Origin: an uncultured virus (IMG/VR IMGVR_UViG_3300008267_009160)
Lineage: Duplodnaviria > Heunggongvirae > Uroviricota > Caudoviricetes
IMG/VR virus record: IMGVR_UViG_3300008267_009160
Coordinates: 1 to 64,000 of that record
DNA length: 64,000 nucleotides
Direction: 5' to 3' (one strand)
In this document: one piece after another, positions 20,205 to 29,202 of the stretch
Layout: each line of letters opens with the position of its first letter
Position numbering within the stretch: the first letter of the stretch is position 1
Position numbers and translations under genes: made by a program
Notes under the pieces: generated by a model
Database searches by the model: none
The model's input: only the letters and a program-made list of their open reading frames with translations
What the model was told of the DNA's origin: nothing

Positions 20205-21095
20205 CTATTGAGTATTATTTTTTTTATCACAAATATCGGGTCTATCATTAAAAGGACAAAACTTACAAGAATCCCCAACATTTTTATAATATTCTTTTTC
20301 TACATAAGCTCCTTCAGAAGTAAAGCACTCTGTGATAAAAGATTGAAAATCTTCATAAGCTTTCTTTACTTTAGTCTTTCCGTGAGCTGGTTTGAATTCT
20401 TGCACTCTGTGAATAGGAAACTCTGCTATTTCGGGAACTTTTCTTTTTACAATAAAAAAGGTAACATCTACATCTTCTTCCGATACTTGATTCATATCTG
20501 CAAAAAATCTCTTATAGAGTAGTACCTGATTTACTTTTTTCTCGTCTTTCTTATCTTGATCGGTCCATCCTCTTGTAGATGTTTTTATATCGTATATACT
20601 GTATCTCTTAAGTTTTTTATCGTATAAGATAAAGTCGATAGCACCTTTGAGTGTAACATTGTCTATTCCCTTATTAGCTTGGGTTAAAACAGGTATCTCT
20701 ATACCTATAAGGTCTACATCACGTACAGAAAAATACCTGCTTCTCTTCTTTCTAACCCAGTCTAAGATAGCTAACCCATCTAGGTAGAACTCTTGCAATT
20801 CTTCTTTACTGGAAAAATGCTCGCCGTTATATTCTTGTACTCTTTTTTTATACTCCTCTATAAACCTTTGTTTAAAGTCTAAACAGAGATCCATTTTATC
20901 TGCTGCGGAAGCAGATTGGGTGTACATGACTTTAAGCCATAGCTGTAGTGTCTCGTGAATACTTGTACCGAAGACTAGATGTATCGAAGGTTTAAAATTA
21001 TAGAGACCTTTTACATACTGGGAATACCATAGATAAGGACAAGTCTTATAGAGAGAATACTGTGAGTAAGAAACAGTTTTTTTCTTTCTAGCCAT
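20205..21095 (-). CDS. PD-(D/E)XK exonuclease (Cas4/RecB-like)
   Basis: SYSQYSLYKTCP, FGTSIH, GAIDF, IYDIKTS, QVLLY, CKFCPF...C. Confidence 0.85.
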   Translation of the reverse strand: MARKKKTVSYSQYSLYKTCPYLWYSQYVKGLYNFKPSIHLVFGTSIHETLQLWLKVMYTQSASAADKMDLCLDFKQRFIEEYKKRVQEYNGEHFSSKEELQEFYLDGLAILDWVRKKRSRYFSVRDVDLIGIEIPVLTQANKGIDNVTLKGAIDFILYDKKLKRYSIYDIKTSTRGWTDQDKKDEKKVNQVLLYKRFFADMNQVSEEDVDVTFFIVKRKVPEIAEFPIHRVQEFKPAHGKTKVKKAYEDFQSFITECFTSEGAYVEKEYYKNVGDSCKFCPFNDRPDICDKKNNTQ

Positions 21096-21303
21096 TTGTT
21101 TTGTTCTTCAGCTCCTGCTCTATTCGAGTAATATATAGAAGCCCGTCCATCAACTCTTCTCTAAAGTGCTGGATCCAGTCAAGCAATTCAAGGTCTGTTC
21201 TATCTAAATCAGTACCGTATTTAGCTTTGCCTTTCTTAGCTCTTTCAAGAAACATTTCTCTAACATTCTGAACGATAGAGTCTGGTTGGAAGTTATTCTC
21301 CAT
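21088..21303 (-). CDS. small MazG-like/all-alpha protein
   Basis: Start MENNFQ; RAKKGKAKYG...HFREELMDGLLY. Confidence 0.55.
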   Translation of the reverse strand: MENNFQPDSIVQNVREMFLERAKKGKAKYGTDLDRTDLELLDWIQHFREELMDGLLYITRIEQELKNKTNG

Positions 21304-21529
21304 CTTGTACTCCTTTAAGTGGTTCAGGGATGAACTCTTCGTTAACGTGACTGCATTTAGAGCAGGCAAAAGTGGGTATAGGTAGAACAGAATCTCTGCT
21401 TGAGGCTGTTAGAAATTTAGAAACCTTTCTCAGATATAATACCTCTTTGAAAGTATCGTTGGAGCATTCTTCACATACGATAGGAAGTGTTTTTTCTATC
21501 TGTAAATTAATCTGACCTTGTTCTTGCAT
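21293..21529 (-). CDS. Zn-ribbon protein
   Basis: CEEC...CSKCSH. Confidence 0.7.
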   Translation of the reverse strand: MQEQGQINLQIEKTLPIVCEECSNDTFKEVLYLRKVSKFLTASSRDSVLPIPTFACSKCSHVNEEFIPEPLKGVQDGE

Positions 21530-21577
21530 AATTGTTTATTTTAAAAATAAGAATTTAATATTAATGAGCAAACTTTT

Positions 21578-23887
21578 TTAGTGACCATCTCTAAGATTAT
21601 GTGCTAGCTCCGGTGGTGCTTTTAAGGTAATACCGGAAGGTTGAGTTGTTGTCTCCATTAAGTGTTTGACAATTTTAGCAGCTTCTTGTGCTTGTTCTTC
21701 TTTAACTAAAATTACTAGCTGGTCATGTATCTGGGCAACAACTTGTCCGTCCCAACCCTTCTCTCTAAACGCTCTGTTAATGGCTAGAGCAGCTCGGTTA
21801 ACTACTGATGCAGCGTAAGACTGGATCTGAAAGTTTAGTACGTTATTTAGTCCGTTACGGTAATCTCTATATAGATTCATAACTACTTCTTTGCCGTATT
21901 CAGTCTCTAATTCTTTTCGCACTCTCCAGTCCATTATCCTATCTTGCATACTCTCATAGACCTCTTTCACAACAGGTAAATGTCTGATGCGACCAACTGC
22001 ATTTTTAATATAGCCGTTTTCTTTAACAAACTCCCTAGATTTATTAATCCAGTTTGCAACTCCCGGGAATCCTTCTAGATAAGCAGCGTGAAGTCTTTCT
22101 CCTTCTTTCTGCGGTACTCCTAGTGACATTGCAAGAGCGTAAGGAGACATACCATAAGCAATACCCAGTGAGTAAGCTTTAGCTTTATTACGCTTAGGTG
22201 CATCTAGCTTCTTAAGAAAGTTAGGTGCTTTCTTATCTGCAGAGACTCCTTCTAGTTTTTCAGTCTTAATAGCCACGTAAGAATAGAAATCATATCCAGT
22301 ATCGAATATCTCTTGCAAGTTTTTATCATCCGATATAGATGCAAAAAGATGCGGTTCCAAGGATTCGTAGTCACAATCAATAAAAAGATATCCTGGATCT
22401 GATACAAAGAATGCTCGTATCTGGTTTGTATATTTGATGATAATTTCAGCAGCTTCGCCATCTTCCTTCGGTCTTGGCAGCTGTTGAAGGTCAGATCCGT
22501 ATCGTCCTGATACAGTTCCGTTTTGTTTAAAGTAGGGGTAAAATCTTCCATCTTCTGCGCTAGTTAAAAACCTATCTACATAGGCAGATTTAATCTTCAA
22601 AAGCTTATTATAAATACGTAAATTTTCTGCCCAGGTGTGTTTATCTGAGATAGCTTGGATCATATCGTCGTCAAATTGCGGCTTGCCTTTTGTTGTTTCG
22701 GATAAAGGTTTAATACCTAGTACATCAAAAGCTATCTTACCCATTTGATCTTTTGACTGTATATTAAAGTAATCCCCGTTAGACTCTCTCCACAACTTCA
22801 AGCTAATCCTGGCGATCTCGGTTATATCTAGAAAAGACTTGTCTCCTGTTAAAAGAAAAAACTTAAGGTTACTATCAGGTAGTATAGATATTACTGCTTT
22901 ATTTAAAGTATACTTTCCGGATTTATCCGATTTAGGTAGGTTAAGTTTGTGATGCTCTACAAGAGCTTGAGCAAAGCCTCCTTTGTGTGAGGGAGGGTAT
23001 TCGGCTGTTGCCTGGTCTATAATCCACTTTCGTATTTTAGTATTAGCTAGAAGTTCATCTGTGACTGCTTTTTTATAAGCTTCTAGATCTTTCTCAATTT
23101 CATTCTTAGTTGCTTGTATAAGAGGTATGTCTAACATAATACCTTTTTCCTCCATCGGAATAGTTACTTCTCTATAAAGAGGCATTACTTCGTCTTCAAA
23201 GAAAAACTTATGTAGTCCTTCCTCGACAAGCTTTGTCATAAAGTGGTTGTATATCCTCAAAGTTAAGTCAGTATCGGCTGCAGCGTATTCTGAGAGTATG
23301 TTTAGGTCTGCTTTGTAGATCTCGTAATTATCTTTAGTGGTTGAACCTCCATTCTTCTTAATGCTATCTTTGAGTGCAACCTGCTCTTTGTTAGCTCTCT
23401 CCTCTACATCTAATCCAATCTCTTTCTGTACCATAATTGCAATCTCTTTCAATCCGAAAGGTTTACCTCCGAATCCAAAAGCGCCTTCTTCCCTAACGGT
23501 ATGTACGAGTAATGCAGTATCAGCATGGAGAGAAGGTAGTAGGTCTACTCCATAAAAGTTTTTCGTGAATCGAACGTCGAAAGAGGCATTGTGCATAACA
23601 AGCTTCTTACCTACTAGCATTTCAATAATCTTTCTAGCTAAGGTATGTGCACCAGTCCCTTCTATAATGACTTCTTCTAGAGCTTGCTTATCAGAATTCC
23701 AGACCATAACAGGAAAGTAAAAACCTATTCCTATTTCTCCTGAGACTGAGAATCCAATTACTTTTCCTTTTCTTACGTTAAGACTGTTAGTCTCAGTATC
23801 GAAGGCAATATACTCTGAGTCTTTAATATGCTGGTAGAGTAGCTTTAAAGATTCTTTGTCTGTAACTGTATAGTACTTTTTTTCCAT
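21578..23887 (-). CDS. polA: DNA polymerase family A with 3'-5' exonuclease
   Basis: AFDTET, HNASFD, YAAADT; GTVSGRY, DYESLEP, RNKAKAYSLGIAYG, NFQIQS, QIHDQL. Confidence 0.95.
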   Translation of the reverse strand: MEKKYYTVTDKESLKLLYQHIKDSEYIAFDTETNSLNVRKGKVIGFSVSGEIGIGFYFPVMVWNSDKQALEEVIIEGTGAHTLARKIIEMLVGKKLVMHNASFDVRFTKNFYGVDLLPSLHADTALLVHTVREEGAFGFGGKPFGLKEIAIMVQKEIGLDVEERANKEQVALKDSIKKNGGSTTKDNYEIYKADLNILSEYAAADTDLTLRIYNHFMTKLVEEGLHKFFFEDEVMPLYREVTIPMEEKGIMLDIPLIQATKNEIEKDLEAYKKAVTDELLANTKIRKWIIDQATAEYPPSHKGGFAQALVEHHKLNLPKSDKSGKYTLNKAVISILPDSNLKFFLLTGDKSFLDITEIARISLKLWRESNGDYFNIQSKDQMGKIAFDVLGIKPLSETTKGKPQFDDDMIQAISDKHTWAENLRIYNKLLKIKSAYVDRFLTSAEDGRFYPYFKQNGTVSGRYGSDLQQLPRPKEDGEAAEIIIKYTNQIRAFFVSDPGYLFIDCDYESLEPHLFASISDDKNLQEIFDTGYDFYSYVAIKTEKLEGVSADKKAPNFLKKLDAPKRNKAKAYSLGIAYGMSPYALAMSLGVPQKEGERLHAAYLEGFPGVANWINKSREFVKENGYIKNAVGRIRHLPVVKEVYESMQDRIMDWRVRKELETEYGKEVVMNLYRDYRNGLNNVLNFQIQSYAASVVNRAALAINRAFREKGWDGQVVAQIHDQLVILVKEEQAQEAAKIVKHLMETTTQPSGITLKAPPELAHNLRDGH

Positions 23888-23922
23888 ACAGTAAATATAA
23901 GGAATTTATAGCGTTATTCAAA

Positions 23923-24702
23923 CTATAAAATGTTCTTAGAGCTTCTCTCAAGTCTCTGTTGTTCATCTTGGAACCACCTCCATTTTATATATCTCCAGTC
24001 TGATAACACTCTACTACCGGGGTGTCCTTCTCTTGCGTTTTGAGAATTCCTCATTAGCTCTTTAGTACTTTCAACTTCTCGATATCCCTTTTCCCAGCCT
24101 ATTTTTTCTATTAATTTTAGAGCTTCTGGTGAGTGGGTTGTTCCGTAATGTATATATCGGTAAGTAGAGTCTTTTGGTGCTCTTATTTCCGGGAAATACT
24201 GGGCGATACCGTGCATGTAACCGTCGAAGTATAGTATATCTCCGAATAAGCCGGATGAAGTATTGTTACCGTGTTTCTGCTCTATCCATTCGTATATACT
24301 ACGGTGTGTTGCAGGAAACCAGCAATAGGGTGCTGAGAATATAAAAGAAGGTATTTCGTAGTACTCTTCGAGTCTGTATTTTAAATCTCCCGGATCTGTT
24401 AGTATTGCATCATCATTCCAGATCTGTAAATAGCGCCCTGTAGCTACTCCGTAGAGAGAGTTGTGGTACTCCGGAAGATCCATATAACCTCGTCCTTGCG
24501 GGGATACGATAACTTTCAAATCCGGGCCAGCTAATTTTCTCAAAGCCTCAAAACTAGCAATATCATCGTCATCGATTTTCACACATATCTCTATTGACAT
24601 ATGTTGTCCAAATCCGTTTCGTAGACTTGAAATACATTGATCTAATATTTCAGCTCGGTTTCGAGTAGGGAATAAAATACTGAGCAGAGGGGTGTTGTTC
24701 AT
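23923..24702 (-). CDS. GT2-like glycosyltransferase
   Basis: SILFPTRNR, KIDDDD, IWNDDA; paralog of the next gene. Confidence 0.72.
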   Translation of the reverse strand: MNNTPLLSILFPTRNRAEILDQCISSLRNGFGQHMSIEICVKIDDDDIASFEALRKLAGPDLKVIVSPQGRGYMDLPEYHNSLYGVATGRYLQIWNDDAILTDPGDLKYRLEEYYEIPSFIFSAPYCWFPATHRSIYEWIEQKHGNNTSSGLFGDILYFDGYMHGIAQYFPEIRAPKDSTYRYIHYGTTHSPEALKLIEKIGWEKGYREVESTKELMRNSQNAREGHPGSRVLSDWRYIKWRWFQDEQQRLERSSKNIL

Positions 24703-25694
24703 AGTATATTCTCTTTTTTAAGTAATTCAAATAGATCACAGACTTCTGCTTGATATGCCTTCTTTAGCGTAGGCCTCTTTTTTAAAAAACTTAACTTCTG
24801 CTCAAGGGTAAGCTGTGTGTATTGGTACCAGTTAAAAAATACTAAGTCTAATATACTCCATTCGTCGTATGTTCTTCTAGCGCTAGGATGGTACATTAGC
24901 CCGGGGTCATTGCGATTTATACTACTTTTATCTTCTATTACCGGTTGCCATCCGGCTTCCCATCCTACCTCTGCTATTAATGCAGATACATCTTCTGATT
25001 TATATTCGTTGTGGGAGTTTATAATCCTATCACCTTCCCAGTGAGAATATTCGTAAGTTGCGATATCTTCAAACTGAAGGAGTTCATACTCTTCCGGGCT
25101 TATGTGTCCTTTGACAGAAACTTTTACGTGGTCTGCGAAGTAGACATCCACAAAGACCATACCTTCGAAGATATGTCTATCCCCTCTATACCCGTGTGTT
25201 TCTCTTAAACGTTCCCATATACCCCAGTGTATAATTCTAAAGTAACATTTTTCTCCTCGAGCCTCAGATCTAATAATACACGGTAGGTCTTTATTCCTGT
25301 TAAGGAGTATTTGCGCTAAATTACCGGGAGTATCCAACCAGGCATCGTCGTTCCACAACATAAGGTAGGTTCCGTTACTTATACTGGCTAAATCATTCCA
25401 GTACTTGCCCATAGACCCATATCCTTCTCCTCGTTCTGATATTATATAACGAACGTTTGGGTATTTAATTTTTGAGATCGCTTGAATTGTTTCATGGTCG
25501 TCTGTGTCTACTTTAATGCAAATTTCAATAGGTATTTGCTCTCCTATAGTATCTCTAAGTCTATCGATGTTTTTTTTGAGTATCTTACTTCTATAACGAG
25601 TGGGGTACATTATAGAAAGAAGCGGTATGTTTTCCGGACGTTTATAATTGCAATGCTCCCAAAAAGGAAAGCTATGTATGTACTCTCTAATCAT
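24699..25694 (-). CDS. GT2-like glycosyltransferase
   Basis: SIMYPTRYR, KVDTDD, LWNDDA. Confidence 0.72.
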   Translation of the reverse strand: MIREYIHSFPFWEHCNYKRPENIPLLSIMYPTRYRSKILKKNIDRLRDTIGEQIPIEICIKVDTDDHETIQAISKIKYPNVRYIISERGEGYGSMGKYWNDLASISNGTYLMLWNDDAWLDTPGNLAQILLNRNKDLPCIIRSEARGEKCYFRIIHWGIWERLRETHGYRGDRHIFEGMVFVDVYFADHVKVSVKGHISPEEYELLQFEDIATYEYSHWEGDRIINSHNEYKSEDVSALIAEVGWEAGWQPVIEDKSSINRNDPGLMYHPSARRTYDEWSILDLVFFNWYQYTQLTLEQKLSFLKKRPTLKKAYQAEVCDLFELLKKENIL

Positions 25695-26385
25695 AATTAT
25701 AAAAATATTTTACTAAATTCTCATAAGACTTACTTCTGTATGTGGAGTCTAAATCAAAGATAGGATTTTTGTAGTTAGACATGCTATTAGTGTATAAATC
25801 TACTCCTAGTTCTATAGTTGAATTAAAATAACGTTTTACTTCTTTTAGTTCAATAATATCCTCAGATACAAAATCAATAACACCGCTATAGTGTTTATAA
25901 TCTCCTGTTGTAATAAATCTGAGGATATCTTGCATTAGTATGTAGTTGAAAGTAGACTCTCCACTAATACCAATTCGTCCTATGTTTGCTTTTAGTTTTG
26001 TAGCGTGATTAGGTTTCATAGTATCTCCGAACATCATAGGACACCTTAAGATCAAGTCATAGCTATCTAATAGACTTTCCGCAAAGCGTTTAAAAAGAGC
26101 ATAGACAGTCGGAGAAGTTTGGTATACGTCAACTGTTGATATATAGACAAAATATTTATGCGGTAAAGCTTTTAGCTTTTGAGTCAAGAAGATATTATCT
26201 TCCATATACTTCTTGTAGTCTGTTATAGGATACTCCTTATTAAAAGCGCAGTGTATTATTGTATTGTAACCTTCTTCTGAAAGACTATCAAAATTAACTC
26301 TACTCAATCCCTGAGATCCTGGGATGTTTATATGTAAGTATTTACCGAGACCGCTTCTGATGCCTGTAATAAGAAAATCATTCAC
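25687..26385 (-). CDS. NAD-dependent epimerase/reductase (SDR)
   Basis: LITGIRSGLG, IIHCAF, YISTVDVY, YALFK. Confidence 0.75.
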   Translation of the reverse strand: MNDFLITGIRSGLGKYLHINIPGSQGLSRVNFDSLSEEGYNTIIHCAFNKEYPITDYKKYMEDNIFLTQKLKALPHKYFVYISTVDVYQTSPTVYALFKRFAESLLDSYDLILRCPMMFGDTMKPNHATKLKANIGRIGISGESTFNYILMQDILRFITTGDYKHYSGVIDFVSEDIIELKEVKRYFNSTIELGVDLYTNSMSNYKNPIFDLDSTYRSKSYENLVKYFYNYD

Positions 26386-26391
26386 AGTATT

Positions 26392-26928
26392 TTATTTTGT
26401 ATTATAGTACTCTGTGTGTTCTATAACCAAAGTTGACTTGGTATCTGAACGTAAGTATGCATGTTGGTAAGCGGATATTGCTTGGTCAGGTTCGGTTAGT
26501 TCAATAACATCTACGTCTGTTAACATTTGCTTTATAGCTTCTGTGTGATTTTGTGAATGTTGGGGTCCTGAATGTAGTGGTGTTTTTGCTCCGATTCCTA
26601 CTCGTATAATAACTTTAGGTGTTAAAATTCCTTTAGACATCTCATTCATCTTATCTAGATGATTTACGAGTTGATTCATAGCTAAAATAAAAAAATCAAA
26701 ACGAGGGTAGCAAGTGATCGGTACGAAGCCTTCTAATGCAAGGCCTGTCGACATTCCCATCTGAGTTTCTTCAAATACAGGAAGTTCTATTCTCTTCTCT
26801 AGAGGAACATTCACCAATGTGCTAGATAAAGCGTGGCCACTTACCTTTACTGCTTGTCCTAAAAAGACTGTATTAGGTTGATTCCCTAACCAGTTCATTG
26901 CTTCTATAATTGCTTCTCTATATTTCAT
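26392..26928 (-). CDS. TPP enzyme pyrimidine-binding subunit (transketolase/E1-beta N-domain only)
   Basis: IELPVFEETQMGMSTGLALEG, NQLVN, GPQHSQ. Confidence 0.82.
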   Translation of the reverse strand: MKYREAIIEAMNWLGNQPNTVFLGQAVKVSGHALSSTLVNVPLEKRIELPVFEETQMGMSTGLALEGFVPITCYPRFDFFILAMNQLVNHLDKMNEMSKGILTPKVIIRVGIGAKTPLHSGPQHSQNHTEAIKQMLTDVDVIELTEPDQAISAYQHAYLRSDTKSTLVIEHTEYYNTK

Positions 26929-27560
26929 TAGAAGTTAACCCATTTACCTGTTCCGTGATGTGGATATTTCATTTCATAAGTATAATATATAACTTTATTA
27001 GGAATTACACATCGCTTACCCCAGGCTGATTCTGTATTTGTATGTACACTATTGTTGTTATCTTCTACAACAAACTGCAAAGGTAGATCGAAGTTTTGAG
27101 AATACTTATAAGCTTCCCAAAATACACCTGTTTCAAAAGTCATATCTCCAATAAAGCACCAGACTTTATCTTTTGAATTCTTTAGCTTGAGTCCTTGTGC
27201 TACTCCTAAAGCAATAGGTATGATGCCTCCTACAATTGAAGATGTGTAGAAGTTAGGATCTGAGTTTATTATACCCATGCTTCTACCTTCTATGATCCAA
27301 TCGCGTAATTTACCGGGATTAACTCCGTGAAGTAATGCATGGTAGTGGTTTCTCCATGCAGAGAATACCCAGTCGGTAGGGGAGATATACTGAAAGAGTT
27401 TGATAAGTTCTGGTTCGTTATTGCCGGATAGGTGTATTGGACCTTTTATTTGCCCTTGCTCGTATAAAGCTTTTATATTATCTTCGAAAGAAGATAGATC
27501 TTCGGCAGTTAGTATAACGTCCCTTCTCTTTTCAAAACTAAAATTAACCGGAAAATGCAT
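26928..27560 (-). CDS. TPP enzyme diphosphate-binding subunit (E1-alpha-like, short)
   Basis: GPIHLSGNNE, WRNHYHAL, FIGDMTFETG...VVEDNN. Confidence 0.82.
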   Translation of the reverse strand: MHFPVNFSFEKRRDVILTAEDLSSFEDNIKALYEQGQIKGPIHLSGNNEPELIKLFQYISPTDWVFSAWRNHYHALLHGVNPGKLRDWIIEGRSMGIINSDPNFYTSSIVGGIIPIALGVAQGLKLKNSKDKVWCFIGDMTFETGVFWEAYKYSQNFDLPLQFVVEDNNNSVHTNTESAWGKRCVIPNKVIYYTYEMKYPHHGTGKWVNF

Positions 27561-27597
27561 TTGATGCTTTTATATAAATATGCATCAATCTAAAAAG

Positions 27598-27684
27598 TAC
27601 CTAGGGCGGGAATCGAACCCGCACGACCTTTTTCGGGTCAAAGGATTTTAAGTCCTTCGTGTCTACCTGTTCCACCACCTAGGC
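27598..27684 (-). tRNA. tRNA-Leu(TAA)
   Basis: Cloverleaf, AAGGA-CTTAAAA-TCCTT, long variable arm, GGTTCGATTCC; no encoded CCA. Confidence 0.93.
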
Positions 27685-27714
27685 ATACGCTACTGTTCTT
27701 TGACGTTTTTTATT

Positions 27715-28026
27715 TTATCCTTTTAAAATTTGTTTACTGCTCGATAACTTACTTTCAAGCTTATCACAGCGTGAATCTATTGTTCTGTAAATATCCTGTG
27801 CGATATCATCAGTCTGTTTTTGAACTTCGTTAATTCGCTGAAAGATATTTCCAGATTCGGTACTTATTGATCGGTAGATATGATCAGTGTTCTCATGTAA
27901 AACCTGTCTTAGGTCTCTGATCTGTGTGTTTAAATTGTTTACCCTAACGAAAGCATAAACAGCAACTGCTGCAATAGCAACAACCGCCACGAATGCTATC
28001 CCTAAACTAAATGATAATAGTTCCAT
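27715..28026 (-). CDS. membrane-anchored coiled-coil protein
   Basis: Start MELLSF (the longer ORF overlaps a tRNA); N-terminal TM; IDSRCDK. Confidence 0.7.
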   Translation of the reverse strand: MELLSFSLGIAFVAVVAIAAVAVYAFVRVNNLNTQIRDLRQVLHENTDHIYRSISTESGNIFQRINEVQKQTDDIAQDIYRTIDSRCDKLESKLSSSKQILKG

Positions 28027-28063
28027 AATTTGTTTCTCCTTATATGTCAAAGAACAGTAGCTG

Positions 28064-28145
28064 TGCTCCATGAGAGACTCGAACTCTCAAGCCTTGCGGC
28101 ACCAGATCCTAAGTCTGGCGTGTCTACCAATTTCACCAACGGAGC
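28064..28145 (-). tRNA. tRNA-Leu(TAG)
   Basis: CCAGA-CTTAGGA-TCTGG, variable arm GCCGCAAGGC, GTTCGAGTC. Confidence 0.92.
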
Positions 28146-28150
28146 GGTGC

Positions 28151-28228
28151 GTCCCAGTTTGAACAGATAATGTGCTGTTCTCTCATTGCTCCCGTATACG
28201 ACACCTGCGTACCTCGTAGGAGTGGGAC
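28151..28228 (-). ncRNA. candidate three-way-junction RNA
   Basis: Helices GTCCCA/TGGGAC, CTCC-TACGA/TCGTA-GGGAG and GAACAG/CTGTTC; GC-rich spacer. Confidence 0.45.
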
Positions 28229-28245
28229 TACAACATCAACGAGCG

Positions 28246-28788
28246 TTAATAGAGAATATTGGTTACTCCTGCTATTAACTGACCTTGTTTTTGAAAAGCA
28301 TCTTCTTCCCAAGGCCTCTTTTCATAGGTAACATTTTCTAAATTAAATTCTTCGCCTTTCCAGTATACAATTCCTGTATTTTGGTCATAGGAGATGTCGC
28401 CGTCTTGGTATTGTGTGAGATGTATTGTTTCGTGGGAAAGTACTTCGATAGCATCTTCTCTATCTAGCTCTGCAATAAACAGGTAGTATATGCCATTGAA
28501 AGACCTAATATGAGCTTTAAGTTCGCCGTCAAACTGCGACTTTGCTTGGTCTGAGAGAGGGTTAATAACAACGGTGATGCCTGTTAGTCCGGCTTGGTCT
28601 AGAGCTATGCTTAGAGCAGTGTCGTAGTAAGTAGGCATACTGTTATTTACTACAGAATTGTTAAACGGTAATTCGACTTGCTTATAAGGCTCTTCTTGAG
28701 TGAAGTTGTTAGCCATCAATATTCCCGCTACTATTAGCAGTGTAACTACTCCGGTAGCTATTCCAATTTTTTTCCAGTTTGATTTCAT
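28246..28788 (-). CDS. membrane-anchored HExxH metallopeptidase-like protein
   Basis: N-terminal TM; LSHETIHLTQY; YEKRPWEEDAF. Confidence 0.75.
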   Translation of the reverse strand: MKSNWKKIGIATGVVTLLIVAGILMANNFTQEEPYKQVELPFNNSVVNNSMPTYYDTALSIALDQAGLTGITVVINPLSDQAKSQFDGELKAHIRSFNGIYYLFIAELDREDAIEVLSHETIHLTQYQDGDISYDQNTGIVYWKGEEFNLENVTYEKRPWEEDAFQKQGQLIAGVTNILY

Positions 28789-28804
28789 TGTTGATAATTT
28801 TTAG

Positions 28805-28910
28805 CAGCCAGGGGAGGAATCGAACCTCCACGCTTAAATTAAGCGGACACTAAAAGTGCCTGTGTATATCCTTCGGTAGTCATATGCCTACACGTTTTCA
28901 CCACCTAGCT
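28805..28910 (-). ncRNA. tRNA-like element with enlarged D-loop and atypical anticodon arm
   Basis: Acceptor AGCTAGG/CCTGGCT, T arm GGAGG-TTCGATT-CCTCC, variable arm CGCTTA/TAAGCG; 106 nt. Confidence 0.6.
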
Positions 28911-28923
28911 TTTTATGCCTTTA

Positions 28924-29133
28924 TTACTTGATAGCTTGGTCGTGAGCAGATTTACCACCACCTACGGAGACGGTATCTTCACTACCTGAAATTTTAGCTA
29001 CAGTACTATCTGTTGCGACAACTGAGCTGTCTGCTACAGCGGTGCTATCAGCGCCGGTGTTTTCGGTTGAAGCGGATCCTCCGCAGGACATCATGGCAAA
29101 CATAACGGCAATTGCAAGAATTGTCTTTTTCAT
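28924..29133 (-). CDS. small lipoprotein
   Basis: MKK, hydrophobic stretch, MSC lipobox; ADST repeats typical of Bacteroidota lipoproteins. Confidence 0.75.
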   Translation of the reverse strand: MKKTILAIAVMFAMMSCGGSASTENTGADSTAVADSSVVATDSTVAKISGSEDTVSVGGGKSAHDQAIK

Positions 29134-29202
29134 ACTTTTTTTTTAATTTTGATTTGTTAATAATTGTAGAATAAATATAGAATAAAAACTTCAGACTTCC
29201 AA

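Noticed and set aside
20205..21095. Cas4-like nuclease as evidence of CRISPR-Cas
   Set aside because: No repeat-spacer array or other cas genes seen; such nucleases are common stand-alone phage genes.
26392..27560. Pyruvate dehydrogenase as an auxiliary metabolic gene
   Set aside because: Subunits are truncated, E2/E3 are absent, and the context is sugar modification.
28151..28228. Hammerhead ribozyme call
   Set aside because: Junction sequences do not match the CUGANGA, GAAA and NUH core.
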